This document shows positions 1 through 9,173 of a stretch of DNA of 36,260 bases, piece by piece (positions within the stretch are counted from its first letter, which is position 1; every line of letters begins with the position of its first letter). Under the pieces are notes generated by a model. That model worked only from the letters and a program-made list of their open reading frames with translations. It was not told where the DNA came from and searched no databases. Origin of the DNA: an uncultured Clostridia bacterium (GTDB lineage Bacteria > Aerophobota > Aerophobia > Aerophobales > B3-G15). A program made the translations under genes and the position numbers. The DNA is taken from contig CAYZYX010000018.1 in NCBI GenBank assembly GCA_964482715.1, positions 1 to 36,260 on the forward strand. Reading direction: 5' to 3'.

Positions 1-137
1 AGATACTTTCCTTCTAACCTCCCCCCTTTTCAGAGGAAAATGAGGTTAGCGGAAATCGATGATAATTATATCATAATAACCTTAAAGTTACAAAAATTCA
101 AAAATAGCCTCGAAGGATATTCTTTTAAAAAAGAAAG

Positions 138-347
138 TCAGTCTTTCTTCTTTCTTATGTAATTTTTTAAACTTTCATTTGCCTTGTTAACCCCTTCAAC
201 AAATTTTTCCCACTCGTCGAATTTAAAAGCACAGCTTGCCGAAACATCAGAAGATGCGATATAAAGACCAATTTCTTCTCCTTCCATCTCTACTCCCATG
301 GATAAAAATTCCCCTATCTTACTCTCTGGCAAGAGAATTTTCTTCAT
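138..347 (-). CDS. Small hypothetical protein (69 aa)
   Basis: ATG preceded by SD-like AAAGGTGAAGG; co-oriented with neighbouring small genes; no recognised family. Confidence 0.7.
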   Translation of the reverse strand: MKKILLPESKIGEFLSMGVEMEGEEIGLYIASSDVSASCAFKFDEWEKFVEGVNKANESLKNYIRKKKD

Positions 348-368
348 CCTTTCACCTTTTTAAAAAAG

Positions 369-524
369 TTAAAAGGGAAATCTCCACATCCTGTTTATCA
401 TTTTTCTTCCGATGTATTTATTTTTCATTCTCCTTACTATTCTTTTAGGGTCACCACTTGAGAGTTTTTCTATATCGTTTGCCACCCTTGCAAGCCGATA
501 GAGAAAACTTACTGACTTTTTCAT
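369..524 (-). CDS. Small basic hypothetical protein (51 aa, MKKSVSFLYRLARVANDIEKLSSGDPKRIVRRMKNKYIGRKMINRMWRFPF)
   Basis: Translated by hand (not in the ORF track); AAAGAGGT SD upstream of ATG; fills the gap between two minus-strand genes. Confidence 0.65.
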   Translation of the reverse strand: MKKSVSFLYRLARVANDIEKLSSGDPKRIVRRMKNKYIGRKMINRMWRFPF

Positions 525-560
525 TGAAATACCTCTTTAGATTCTTTCAATTTTATTTTT

Positions 561-918
561 CTAAATTCCTCTTTTTCGTAAGGTTATAAACTCTTCTTTA
601 CTTTGGCACTTATAATACGGATTAAAAGCTTTCTCGTGACCAATTGTAGAAAAAGGTTTCTTACCATAATCATGTCCAGGATATATTAGAATATCATTAG
701 GAAGAGTTGCGATTTTGTCAAATAGGCTGTAATAAAGCTTCTCCACATCACCTCCAGGACCATCTGCTCTCCCGCAGTATCCTACGAAAAGGGTATCTCC
801 TGTTAAAAGGATATTTTCCACAGGGATCAACCACCATTGCCTCCTTTGTCAGATCATCTGCCACTATGTAAGAAAAATTTAAATCAAATCCTCCCACTTT
901 AAGCTGTTTGAAAATCAC
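561..918 (-). pseudogene. MBL-fold hydrolase (glyoxalase II-like), internally deleted and frameshifted
   Basis: GTG at 918 gives MIFKQLKVGGFDLNFSYIVADDLTKEAMVVDPCG; another frame continues VENILLTGDTLFVGYCGRAD...IYPGHDYG. The HxHxDH and TPGH regions are absent and the span (358 nt) is not a multiple of 3. Confidence 0.8.
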
Positions 919-960
919 CTTTTCCCTCTCTTTGTTTTTTTATGAAGCTTTTTATCTTAA

Positions 961-989
961 ATTATACAAGGTAATCCAAAAATTGTAAA
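961..989 (-). promoter_or_regulatory. Sigma70-type promoter for the MBL/small-ORF unit
   Basis: Minus strand TTTACA-N17-TATAAT. Confidence 0.55.
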
Positions 990-1090
990 TTTTTTATGGC
1001 CCGATTTTTCTTTCTCTTCCAAGTAAGTTCATTTAGCCAGGTGAGTATGACAATTTTTCGGTTATCTCTTAGGTAACGCAAAGTGCATAT

Positions 1091-1119
1091 TTGACTTTGG
1101 AGGAAAATCCCGGTAAAAT
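1091..1119 (+). promoter_or_regulatory. Sigma70-type promoter of the UroD-family gene
   Basis: TTGACT-N17-TAAAAT, 34 nt before the ATG, with GGAG SD. Confidence 0.6.
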
Positions 1120-1153
1120 ATGTCTAAAACAACAAATAAAGGAGAGTTGACAA

Positions 1154-2317
1154 ATGAGGGAAGAACTTTCTTCAGAGGAAAGAATTAAACTTGCTTTAGA
1201 ACACAAAGAACCGGATAGGGTTCCTTTTGATCTGGGGAGTACACCAGTTACGGGAATTACAGTTGGTGCCTATAAGAATCTTCTCGCTCATCTGGGCATC
1301 AAGAAAGAAGAAATTCGTGTTATTGATATCATACAGCAGCTTGCAGAAGTTGATGAAGAGGTTTTAGAGAGATTAAAGGTAGATACAAGGGGTCTCATGA
1401 CCAATCCCCCTTCTTCATGGACACTGGAAATTCGAGAAAAGGACGGTTACAAACATTTCGTTGATGAATGGCAAATTGAGTGGAGGATGCCTAAGGAAGG
1501 TGGATTTTACTATGACATGTATAGACATCCATTGAAGGGTGATATAACCCGAGAAACAATTGACAATTTTTCCTGGCCGGACCCTTCTGATCCTGCTCGA
1601 GTCACCGGGCTTAGAGAAAAAGCTCAAGATTATAAGGCGAAGAAAAAAGCAATCATTGTCAAGTCTATAGGTGGTGGATTTTTTGAATTAGGATTCTGGA
1701 CGCGAGGTTTTGAAGATTTCTATATGGACTTTGCTACTGACCCCTCCTTGGCCTGCTATCTTATGGATAAACTGCTGGAGATAAGGATGGCTTACTGGGA
1801 GCTTGTTCTCAAAGAACTTGGAAATGACATCATGATAGTGATGGAAGGTGAGGATTTGGGAGTTCAAAGTGGCACAATGATTTCACCTGAGATGTATCGA
1901 AAATACGTTAAACCTCGAGAGAAAAAACTTTTTTCCTATATTAAAAAAGTTGCACCTAAGCCAGTTTATATCTTCTTTCATACCTGTGGTTCTGTATATG
2001 AGATTATACCTGATCTTATTGAGATAGGGGTGGACATATTAAATCCTGTCCAAGTATCAGCTGCTTATATGGATACTCGAAGACTAAAAAAAGAGTTTGG
2101 TAAAGACATTGTTTTCTGGGGTGGAGGAGTGGACACTCAGGATGTTCTCCCTCATGGAACTCCCGAAAAAGTAAAAGAGGAGGTAAAAAGGAGAATTGAT
2201 GATCTTGCTCCTGGAGGAGGGTTTGTTTTTGCTACCGTGCACAACATTCAAGCAGACGTTCCACCAGAAAATATTATGGCTATGTGGGAAGCCCTGCAGG
2301 AATACGGAGTGTATTGA
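1154..2317 (+). CDS. Uroporphyrinogen decarboxylase (UroD)/MtaA-CmuA methyltransferase superfamily protein
   Basis: N-terminal EPDRVPFD, FHTCG motif, LNPVQ, FWGGGVDTQ, GGGFVFATVHNIQADVPPENI C-terminus. Confidence 0.85.
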   Translation: MREELSSEERIKLALEHKEPDRVPFDLGSTPVTGITVGAYKNLLAHLGIKKEEIRVIDIIQQLAEVDEEVLERLKVDTRGLMTNPPSSWTLEIREKDGYKHFVDEWQIEWRMPKEGGFYYDMYRHPLKGDITRETIDNFSWPDPSDPARVTGLREKAQDYKAKKKAIIVKSIGGGFFELGFWTRGFEDFYMDFATDPSLACYLMDKLLEIRMAYWELVLKELGNDIMIVMEGEDLGVQSGTMISPEMYRKYVKPREKKLFSYIKKVAPKPVYIFFHTCGSVYEIIPDLIEIGVDILNPVQVSAAYMDTRRLKKEFGKDIVFWGGGVDTQDVLPHGTPEKVKEEVKRRIDDLAPGGGFVFATVHNIQADVPPENIMAMWEALQEYGVY

Positions 2318-2323
2318 TTTTAG

Positions 2324-4677
2324 TTAATCTGGATAGGTAAAATAAGCCAGAGTGTAAAAAAGCAAAGCTAAAATTCCCACGAGTCTGAATCCCAAAGAAA
2401 TAGCAATAAAAGTAGCCAGGATACTGCTAACTACAGATGCACACCCATTTATTCCCCAGGCCCAGGGAACAAGTTGGGGATGCCTATTACTCACTCTGCT
2501 AAGTCCGAGAGGAAACATCATTCCCATGAAAAAAGCCAGAGGAAAGATTAGTCCCAGAGATGTGACTATTTTTAACCAGTCATTTAGATTTATCAAGAAA
2601 AGGAAAAGATTTCTAAGAAAAATAATGTAACAGACAGAAAATACAAGTATCCCCAGGAAAGAAAGATTTATTCCTGACCTTTCTTTTTGCAGGAAGCGAG
2701 AAGAAAATGCACTTCCAAGCCCCGAGAAGGTTAAAAAGCCGGTTATTACCACCGCTACAGTATAAACTGGATAGTGCAGGAAAAGGATAAATCTCTGAAT
2801 GAAAGAAATTTCCAGAAACATGTAGGCAATTCCAAGGGAAAGAAAATAAAAAAACACATGTGAAACCTGCTTCTTAGAAGAGCTTTTCCTCCTGTCAAAG
2901 GCAAGAAGAGGTATTAGAATAAAGATACAAGCTCCTACCACAGCTTGAATTAAAGTAGCTAAGAGTATAATGTAGCCCCATTCCACAAAAGGAATCCACT
3001 GTTTACCCAGATTTTTTATTAAAAAAGGTAAAGATTTGATTTTGAAGAAATGAAAAAAATAGGGAGAATCATCAGTAGTGGGGGTTACATCAAAAAGGTA
3101 ATTTTCGTAAAACTTTTCTCTTTCTGGGGAAAAGATCCTTCTTGCTGCCTGGTAAAAATAAGGTTGAGGCAAAATATGAAATTTATTCACTTCATCTTTC
3201 CTGATTCCGGGATACCAGCAGATATCAAAGGATCTGGCCTGAGTAAATTCTATGATCTTCTCTATTTCCTTTGAAGAAAAGGGGGATTTTTTTGCCAGAA
3301 TGGTTGAGGTTGACCAGCTTCTTATCATTACTATATGCTTAGAAGGTTGAGGAAAGTTCAATTTCTCCATTGCCGCTACCAGAGTGGATAAAACTCTTAT
3401 TCCATCTCGAGGAGGAGTTTTTATCCAGCGGGTGATACATAAAATGCCCTGAGAATTAAGTTTTCTCAAAAAGCATGCCATGGCCTCTACTGTGTAAAGA
3501 TAGCTTTCTGAAAGAGCATAAACTCCTGCAGAAGATGCAGCAAAGGAGTCAAGAAGTGATATTTGAATTAAATCATATCGGTTAGAGGTGGATTCAGTAT
3601 ATCCCCTACCTTCAGCCAATATAACTTTTACTTCAGGTAAAGAATAAATCTTTCCAGCAAAATTTGCATAGTCTTTACCCACTATCTTTATAATTTGAGG
3701 GTTTACTTCAACTGCTTCTATCTTTGAAGCTTTATGGTAAAGAGCACTTAATATTTCTGATCCACCCCCAGCACCTATTACCAGAACCTCTGGATTTTTC
3801 AAAAGGTGATATGGGAGACTACTGGTAAGATAGTCAAGGTATTCTATTTTGGAAAGATTACCCTGAAAATGGTTTATCACCGACATGGAATCTGCATCAA
3901 CAAAAAGGGCAAGTTGGGGGGGAGTCTCTTTCTGAAAGTTAAAACTTAATCCAGGTGCGTATCTTATAGCCGGACTTTCCAGAATATCGATAAGTCCAAA
4001 AGGAGAGAAGTATTCCTTTAATATTCGAGCCTGGGGTAAATTAAGACTTTTACTAAGCCCCTTGTATTCAGATATTTTTAAGGTCAAGGGATGAAGGTAA
4101 AAAAGGCAGGTTATGAGAGAAAAAAGGAAGATGGTAAAAAGAAGATATTTTTCCCCCAGTTTTATACTGAATAATAAGCCAGTGAAAAGTCCGAGAATGG
4201 ACAAAAAGAAAAGTATATCAGCCGGAAAAAAAATAAACATCAAAAAAATTACTCCCAGAGTCCCTGTTCCCGAACCAACCATGTTAAAAAAGTATAAATT
4301 GGGTATTTTTCTTCCCATATGAATAAAACTCATTCCAATACAAGTTGCTCCCAGAAAAAATGGAACAAAGAGAATAAGATAGGAGATAAAAAGGTAAAGA
4401 TACTGAATTTTGTACCAGGGGATAAGAAGGGGACTTAAGGGAACCAGCTGAACAGCCCAAACAGTGATAAACAGAGCTATTCCAAAACTAAAGGAAAAAA
4501 TTAGAAAAAAAAGATTAAAGTTTTGATTTATCTTTTTATGTAAAAAATGAAGAAAACTGCCACTGGCCCCAAATCCTAAAAGAGCAAGACTTATCATCAT
4601 GTAGGCAAAGTTAGACCAGCTGGTTATAGAAAAAATTCTCATGAGTAAGATCTGGTAGGCTAAAAGAGAAAAGGAAA
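2324..4677 (-). CDS. Multi-TM protein with central spermidine-synthase-like class I SAM-binding domain (5' end lost in gap)
   Basis: Hydrophobic N- and C-terminal blocks flank VLVIGAGGGSE...EAVEVNP...DLIQISLLD; the frame stays open upstream of 4642 (SFSLLAYQILLMRIF) up to the gap. Confidence 0.8.
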
Positions 4678-4777
4678 NNNNNNNNNNNNNNNNNNNNNNN
4701 NNNNNNNNNNNNNNNNNNNNNNNNNNNNNNNNNNNNNNNNNNNNNNNNNNNNNNNNNNNNNNNNNNNNNNNNNNNNN
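4678..4777. other. Assembly gap (100 N, true size unknown)
   Basis: Run of exactly 100 N; it must hide most of pcm and the start of the next gene, so the true gap is probably several hundred bp. Confidence 0.95.
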
Positions 4778-5003
4778 TTAAATAATCTTCCACAAATTCA
4801 TGGCGAGGTACTTTTCGCATTGCCTCTAAGACTTTCTTATCTTTAATTCCCCGAGCTTCTATTTGCTCCTTTACCATCTTTTCTCGGAGAGTTTTAAATA
4901 TGTCCTCACTCTGACTTAAAGCAGAAAGAGAAAGAGCAAGAAAAACAATTCCTAAACCAAGTAGTCTGGTCCAGATTTTTACAGGATAAAATTTCAATTT
5001 CAA
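4778..5003 (-). CDS. pcm: Protein-L-isoaspartate O-methyltransferase, 5' part, with N-terminal hydrophobic leader
   Basis: REKMVKEQIEARGIKDKKVLEAMRKVPRHEFV is the typical PIMT N-terminus; TTG start after GAGGGG; runs into the gap. Confidence 0.8.
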
Positions 5004-5017
5004 TCCCCTCGGAGTTA

Positions 5018-5869
5018 TTAATTTATATCTGATCCTTTAAGAAATTCCTCCACACAAAAAGGCAAATCCTCGTGATAACCTCCTTCTAAAATAGCAAATA
5101 AGGGTTTATTAAGCTCGGATAGTTGTTTTCCTATTTTAAAATATGTTTCGGTTTCCAGAGATAAACTGAGCAGGGTTTCTTTTTTATGTCCATCAAATCC
5201 CGCAGAGACAGCTATAATTGAAGGAGAAAATTTCTCTGTCACTTCAATTCCCTGAAGGAAAACCTCTAAAAACTCTTTCTCTCCACTTCCGGGAAAAAGG
5301 GGAAAATCAAGTGAATTTTCCCTTGACTTTCCTCCCGTTCCTGGGTAGGCAGGATACTGGTGCCAGGATAAGTAAAGCACTCTCTTTTCACCTGAGAAAA
5401 TATCCTCTGTCCCGTTACCGTGATGTCCGTCAAAATCAAATATTGCCACTTTTTCAACATTTTTCTGTTGCAGAAGCCAGGCTGTAGCAATTGCTATGTT
5501 GTTAAAATAACAAAATCCTCCCAGGTAGTTTCTTCCTGCGTGATGCCCAGGGGGTCGTAGAAGAGAAAAGCTCTTCTCCCCTTCAAGGGCTTTTTGAGCT
5601 GCCTGCAAAGCTCCACCTACAGCCAGCAAGGCGTATTGGTAGACATTTTTGAGATTTGGTGTATCTGGATCATAAAAGTCGTTGTTCTTTACTCTCTCAA
5701 TATGCTCGGGAGTGTGTATTAAGAGCAGATTTTCTTCCTGGCAGGGTTTAGCCTCCTCAAAACGGTAACCTCTTTTACTGAGATGTTCATAAACTCCTCT
5801 CACTCGCTCTGGAGACTCAGGATGTCCTGGAGAGTAATATTCCAGACATTGAGGAGAGAAAAGAATCAC
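5018..5869 (-). CDS. Zn-dependent histone deacetylase family protein (AcuC/APAH-like)
   Basis: HPESPER, RPPGHH, GFCYFNN, DFDGHHGNGT, SAGFD, LEGGY. Start moved to GTG 5869 (GGAG SD), because the ORF-track start overlaps the promoter. Confidence 0.9.
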   Translation of the reverse strand: MILFSPQCLEYYSPGHPESPERVRGVYEHLSKRGYRFEEAKPCQEENLLLIHTPEHIERVKNNDFYDPDTPNLKNVYQYALLAVGGALQAAQKALEGEKSFSLLRPPGHHAGRNYLGGFCYFNNIAIATAWLLQQKNVEKVAIFDFDGHHGNGTEDIFSGEKRVLYLSWHQYPAYPGTGGKSRENSLDFPLFPGSGEKEFLEVFLQGIEVTEKFSPSIIAVSAGFDGHKKETLLSLSLETETYFKIGKQLSELNKPLFAILEGGYHEDLPFCVEEFLKGSDIN

Positions 5870-5898
5870 TTTTATTTCTCCACTATTGTTTTTTAATA

Positions 5899-5926
5899 AT
5901 AATATGTTGACCTGGCATAAAGTCAA
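5899..5926 (-). promoter_or_regulatory. Sigma70-type promoter of the HDAC-pcm operon
   Basis: Minus strand TTGACT-N16-TATTAT. Confidence 0.5.
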
Positions 5927-5936
5927 ATGATTCCTG

Positions 5937-6167
5937 CTGATATTGGGGCAGCTTTTACCTGTACTTTCGCTTTAGGCTCCCGGGTATCTCCCAGGAAGTG
6001 TGCCTCGCAAGAGGTTTATCTCACCTATTATTTTAGTGCAGCAGGCCTTTCCTTTTTGTGGGTGCAAAAGTGGCTATCATGTAAAGGCTTCTGCTCGCCA
6101 AAAAAGCTTGCTTGCAAGATATCTCCAGGAGCCTTTATCTTCGCGAGAAAAAGTGTCCCAATTTCAG
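5937..6167. mobile_element. MITE-like dispersed element, copy 1 (231 bp)
   Basis: Imperfect ~20-bp TIRs CTGATATTGGGGCAGCTTTT / AAAAAGTGTCCCAATTTCAG; 5964-6042 identical to 36168-36246; homologous to 24442-24627. Confidence 0.8.
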
Positions 6168-6171
6168 ATTC

Positions 6172-6271
6172 TTGAAATTGTGACACTTTTGTTTCCGAGG
6201 AACAGGTAAGGGACTTTCTTGCAAGGGACCTCAGAAGCCTGAAAAGACGGAATACAATAAAAATTGTCCCA
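6172..6271. repeat. Short (~100 bp) degenerate relative of the MITE-like element
   Basis: Begins TTGAAATTGTGACACTTTT, ends AAAAATTGTCCCA (both TIR-like), and contains the CTTGCAAG...AGCCT module seen in copies 1 and 2. Confidence 0.55.
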
Positions 6272-6275
6272 CCTC

Positions 6276-7919
6276 CTATTTTAACACCATGGAAAGAGCA
6301 AATAATAAGAGAAATCCAATTAAAAAAAGCAGGAGAGAATCACTAATTCCGAATTTTGTATCTTTAATATATTTTAGAATCTTTTCTCCTTTTTGGCTCC
6401 GGATAAAAAGGTAAAAAGCACTTCCTAATCCCACAGTCAAGATGAACCTTAAAATTTCCTGGAATGAATAGTGAATAAATTCGGACCCGGCTTTTTGGTT
6501 TAAAATCAGGTGGAAAATTTTTGCTGTAAAAAAGTGAGGGAATATCCCGGTAAAAAGACATAAAGAAGAAAGAAAAAGAAGAGCAACCAGCATTGTCGTG
6601 GATATTTTTTTCGTTTTCTCATTTTGCTTTTCAGAAATTTTTTTAAAAGTGAAAATCTCCGAAAGTTTGATAAAAGAAGCTACAGTTCCTGCACTGGTCA
6701 ATAAGATTAAGAAATAGGAAAAAGGGTGCTGGCGCAAGGAATAACTTATGAGATTTTTACTAACATATCCATTGAAAGGAGGAACTCCCGAAATGGACAA
6801 AGCACCAACCAGAAAACAGGCAAAAAGAAGAGGTGTCTTTTTGATAGGAACTTTTATTTTTTCTATCTGTCTTTCCTCTGTAAGATATATCGCTGTGCCA
6901 ATACAGAGGAATAAAAGACTCTTAAAAAGAGAATGGTTTAGCAGGTGATAAAAAGAAGCAACAAGAGACACAGAGGTAGCTGCCCCAAAACTTGCTATGA
7001 TGAAGCCCATCTGAGACACACTTGAATAAGCAAGAAGCCTCTTGCTGTCATTTTCAGCCAAGGTCCAGATAATGCCCAGGAAAGCGGTAAAAGCTCCAAT
7101 CCAGAGAAAGGTCTCCTGTAGATGGACAAATTGAAATAGCCTGATTATCCGCCATACGGCCAGAAAGGACACCTTAATCATCACACCAGAGAGTATAGCT
7201 GATACGGGATGAGGAGCAAACGCATGCGCACCGGGAAGCCAGGTATGAAAAGGTACAAAAGCAACTTTTACTCCTATACCTACAACTAAAAATAAAAGAG
7301 CAAGCTGGATGGTAAATAAGTTTCCCTGCATCTGCTCTAACCGGAGTGGCATTTTTCTTAGGGCTAAGATGCCTGTTTCCTGGTAGAGAATAGCGACTCC
7401 CAGAAGATAAAAACCTATTCCCAAGCTGCTGATGAGAAGATAATTAAAACTGGCCATGATTGAATTTTCCTTTCCCGGATAGGCAATAAGAATATAGGAG
7501 GCTATTGACAGAATTTCAAAGAAAACAAACATGTTAAATATATCCTGAGTAAAAATAACCCCCTGCATTCCACCCAGTAAGGTTAAGAAGAAAAAATAAA
7601 ATTTGTAATCGTAATTTTCAGCAGTAGAATACAAAAGACAAAACAAAGCTATACACATCCCTATGAGGGAAGTGATCCAGGCAAGTCCGTCCATGTAAAG
7701 GTTAATCCCAACAGGTTCTTTCCATCCACCTACCGGGTAGTCAAAGGTTAAGCCTCTGGATATTGCCGGGAAAACAAGTAAAAGAAAAAAAAGACACAGT
7801 AAAACTGCTCCCAGGCTAACCATTTTGGCTAAAAGAAGGCAGGTGGTAAATCTATTAAGGAGAACAAAAGAAGCCGCTACAAAGGGAACAATGATGAGTA
7901 AAATGGAAATGCCTTCCAT
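6276..7919 (-). CDS. mrpD: Mrp/Mnh Na+/H+ antiporter subunit D (complex I antiporter-like)
   Basis: Multi-TM; DIFNMFVFFE, KVAFVPFHTWLP, KRLLAYSSVSQMG, NHSLFK, PPFNGYVSK. Confidence 0.85.
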   Translation of the reverse strand: MEGISILLIIVPFVAASFVLLNRFTTCLLLAKMVSLGAVLLCLFFLLLVFPAISRGLTFDYPVGGWKEPVGINLYMDGLAWITSLIGMCIALFCLLYSTAENYDYKFYFFFLTLLGGMQGVIFTQDIFNMFVFFEILSIASYILIAYPGKENSIMASFNYLLISSLGIGFYLLGVAILYQETGILALRKMPLRLEQMQGNLFTIQLALLFLVVGIGVKVAFVPFHTWLPGAHAFAPHPVSAILSGVMIKVSFLAVWRIIRLFQFVHLQETFLWIGAFTAFLGIIWTLAENDSKRLLAYSSVSQMGFIIASFGAATSVSLVASFYHLLNHSLFKSLLFLCIGTAIYLTEERQIEKIKVPIKKTPLLFACFLVGALSISGVPPFNGYVSKNLISYSLRQHPFSYFLILLTSAGTVASFIKLSEIFTFKKISEKQNEKTKKISTTMLVALLFLSSLCLFTGIFPHFFTAKIFHLILNQKAGSEFIHYSFQEILRFILTVGLGSAFYLFIRSQKGEKILKYIKDTKFGISDSLLLFLIGFLLLFALSMVLK

Positions 7920-8254
7920 TATTTCTTATTAAGAAGCTCTTCTACTTTGGAAGAGCTTAAAGTTCCGTATCGCCGATAAATTCGCAAGATCAAGCAAAGT
8001 GCAAGTGCCGTAAGAGAAATCCCTATCACTATAGCGGTAAGCATGAGCGCCTGGGGAATTGGATCCACCACATCCTTTATGGCTCCTTCCATAATGGGGG
8101 CAGTTGAACCGGAAAGAGAACCAGAATAAATGAAGAAAATTATAATGGAACTGTTAAATATGTTCAGAGCGATTACTTTCTTAATGAGGTTATCTTTTCT
8201 GATCATACCCCATATACCCAGAATGAGAAGAAAAATTATTAAATAAAAAGACAT
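7919..8254 (-). CDS. mrpC: Mrp/Mnh subunit C
   Basis: NLIKKVIAL and DPIPQALMLTAIVIG motifs. Confidence 0.9.
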   Translation of the reverse strand: MSFYLIIFLLILGIWGMIRKDNLIKKVIALNIFNSSIIIFFIYSGSLSGSTAPIMEGAIKDVVDPIPQALMLTAIVIGISLTALALCLILRIYRRYGTLSSSKVEELLNKK

Positions 8255-8255
8255 T

Positions 8256-8678
8256 TTATCTTTCCTCCTCTTTTAAGAGATAAAAACATATCAGAATCAT
8301 ACCTGCTCCTACTTTAAGGCCTATAATAATATTTAGAAAAAAAATAAAACCGGCACTGGGGATTTCTCCTGCTTTACCCAGCCAGAGGAAGTTTCCCAGA
8401 AAATATTGACCGGTAAAAAGTCCCCCAATTCCCATGGCAATAAAAGCAAAAAGCATAGCTATCTCAGTAAGGTTTAATTTTTTTTGGGGGAATATTCTTT
8501 GCACAGATGAGGTTCCACGGCTTAACGCAAGGACAATTACACCAGAAGCTAAAACAACACCTCCCTGAAAACCTCCCCCAGGTGAGAGGTGTCCAAAAGA
8601 GATAAGATAAAGTCCAAAAAGAAGAATATAGGGGACAAGTTTTCTGGAAATCATACTTACTATCTCTGATTCTCTCAT
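8256..8678 (-). CDS. mrpB: Mrp/Mnh subunit B (MnhB domain)
   Basis: GHLSPGGGFQGG motif. Confidence 0.9.
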   Translation of the reverse strand: MRESEIVSMISRKLVPYILLFGLYLISFGHLSPGGGFQGGVVLASGVIVLALSRGTSSVQRIFPQKKLNLTEIAMLFAFIAMGIGGLFTGQYFLGNFLWLGKAGEIPSAGFIFFLNIIIGLKVGAGMILICFYLLKEEER

Positions 8679-8935
8679 TTTTTACTCTCCAGAAGCATTA
8701 TTATTCCTGAAACAGAGAGAAGAAGAACAATAGTCTCTCCCATGGTGTCAAAAGCTCGGTAACTTAAATAAATTGAAGAGACAAGATTTATAGCTCCTGT
8801 TTCTTCTACGCCTTTTAAAACAAAGTAATTTTTAAGTGGTGGAGAAAATTCGTGGTTAAGATGAATTCCTGCAAACAATATTATCGTCAATAAGAGGAGG
8901 ATAATTACCTCTCCGATTATTCTAATTAGTTTCAT
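8675..8935 (-). CDS. MbhE-like / MnhB N-terminal-like small membrane subunit
   Basis: ETGAINLVSSIYLSYRAFDTMGE motif. Confidence 0.8.
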   Translation of the reverse strand: MKLIRIIGEVIILLLLTIILFAGIHLNHEFSPPLKNYFVLKGVEETGAINLVSSIYLSYRAFDTMGETIVLLLSVSGIIMLLESKK

Positions 8936-9162
8936 TCTTCTTTTCCCTTAGTTTTTCTTAAAGTTGCAACAAAAATAACTGTTGCCACTCCTGCACCAAC
9001 TGCTGCTTCGGCAATAGCTACGTCTGGGGCATGAAGCCAGTAAAAAAGAAGAGCGGATAGAAGACTAAATACCGCAAGGGATATAACAGCATTTAAAAGG
9101 TCTTTGAATTGTAAGGACAAAATACCCAGGATAACAAGCAGGATAAGAATTATTTCAGTCAT
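8932..9162 (-). CDS. DUF4040 / MbhD-like small membrane subunit
   Basis: LHAPDVAIAEAAVGAG motif. Confidence 0.85.
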   Translation of the reverse strand: MTEIILILLVILGILSLQFKDLLNAVISLAVFSLLSALLFYWLHAPDVAIAEAAVGAGVATVIFVATLRKTKGKEE

Positions 9163-9173
9163 ATTATTTTATT

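Noticed and set aside
4611-5003. 130-aa ORF spanning the N run
   Set aside because: Artefact: pcm N-terminus read through the gap into the wrong frame of the next gene.
5907-5926. TTGAC-N10-GTCAA palindrome as an operator
   Set aside because: Only 5-bp arms, one of which is the -35 box; not seen at other promoters.
5927-6209. ORFs 5927-6175 and 6000-6209 (and similar 24400-24606, 24509-24694) as a small protein family
   Set aside because: Shared peptides come from the DNA repeat; indels between copies break the frames, starts differ and no SD is evident.
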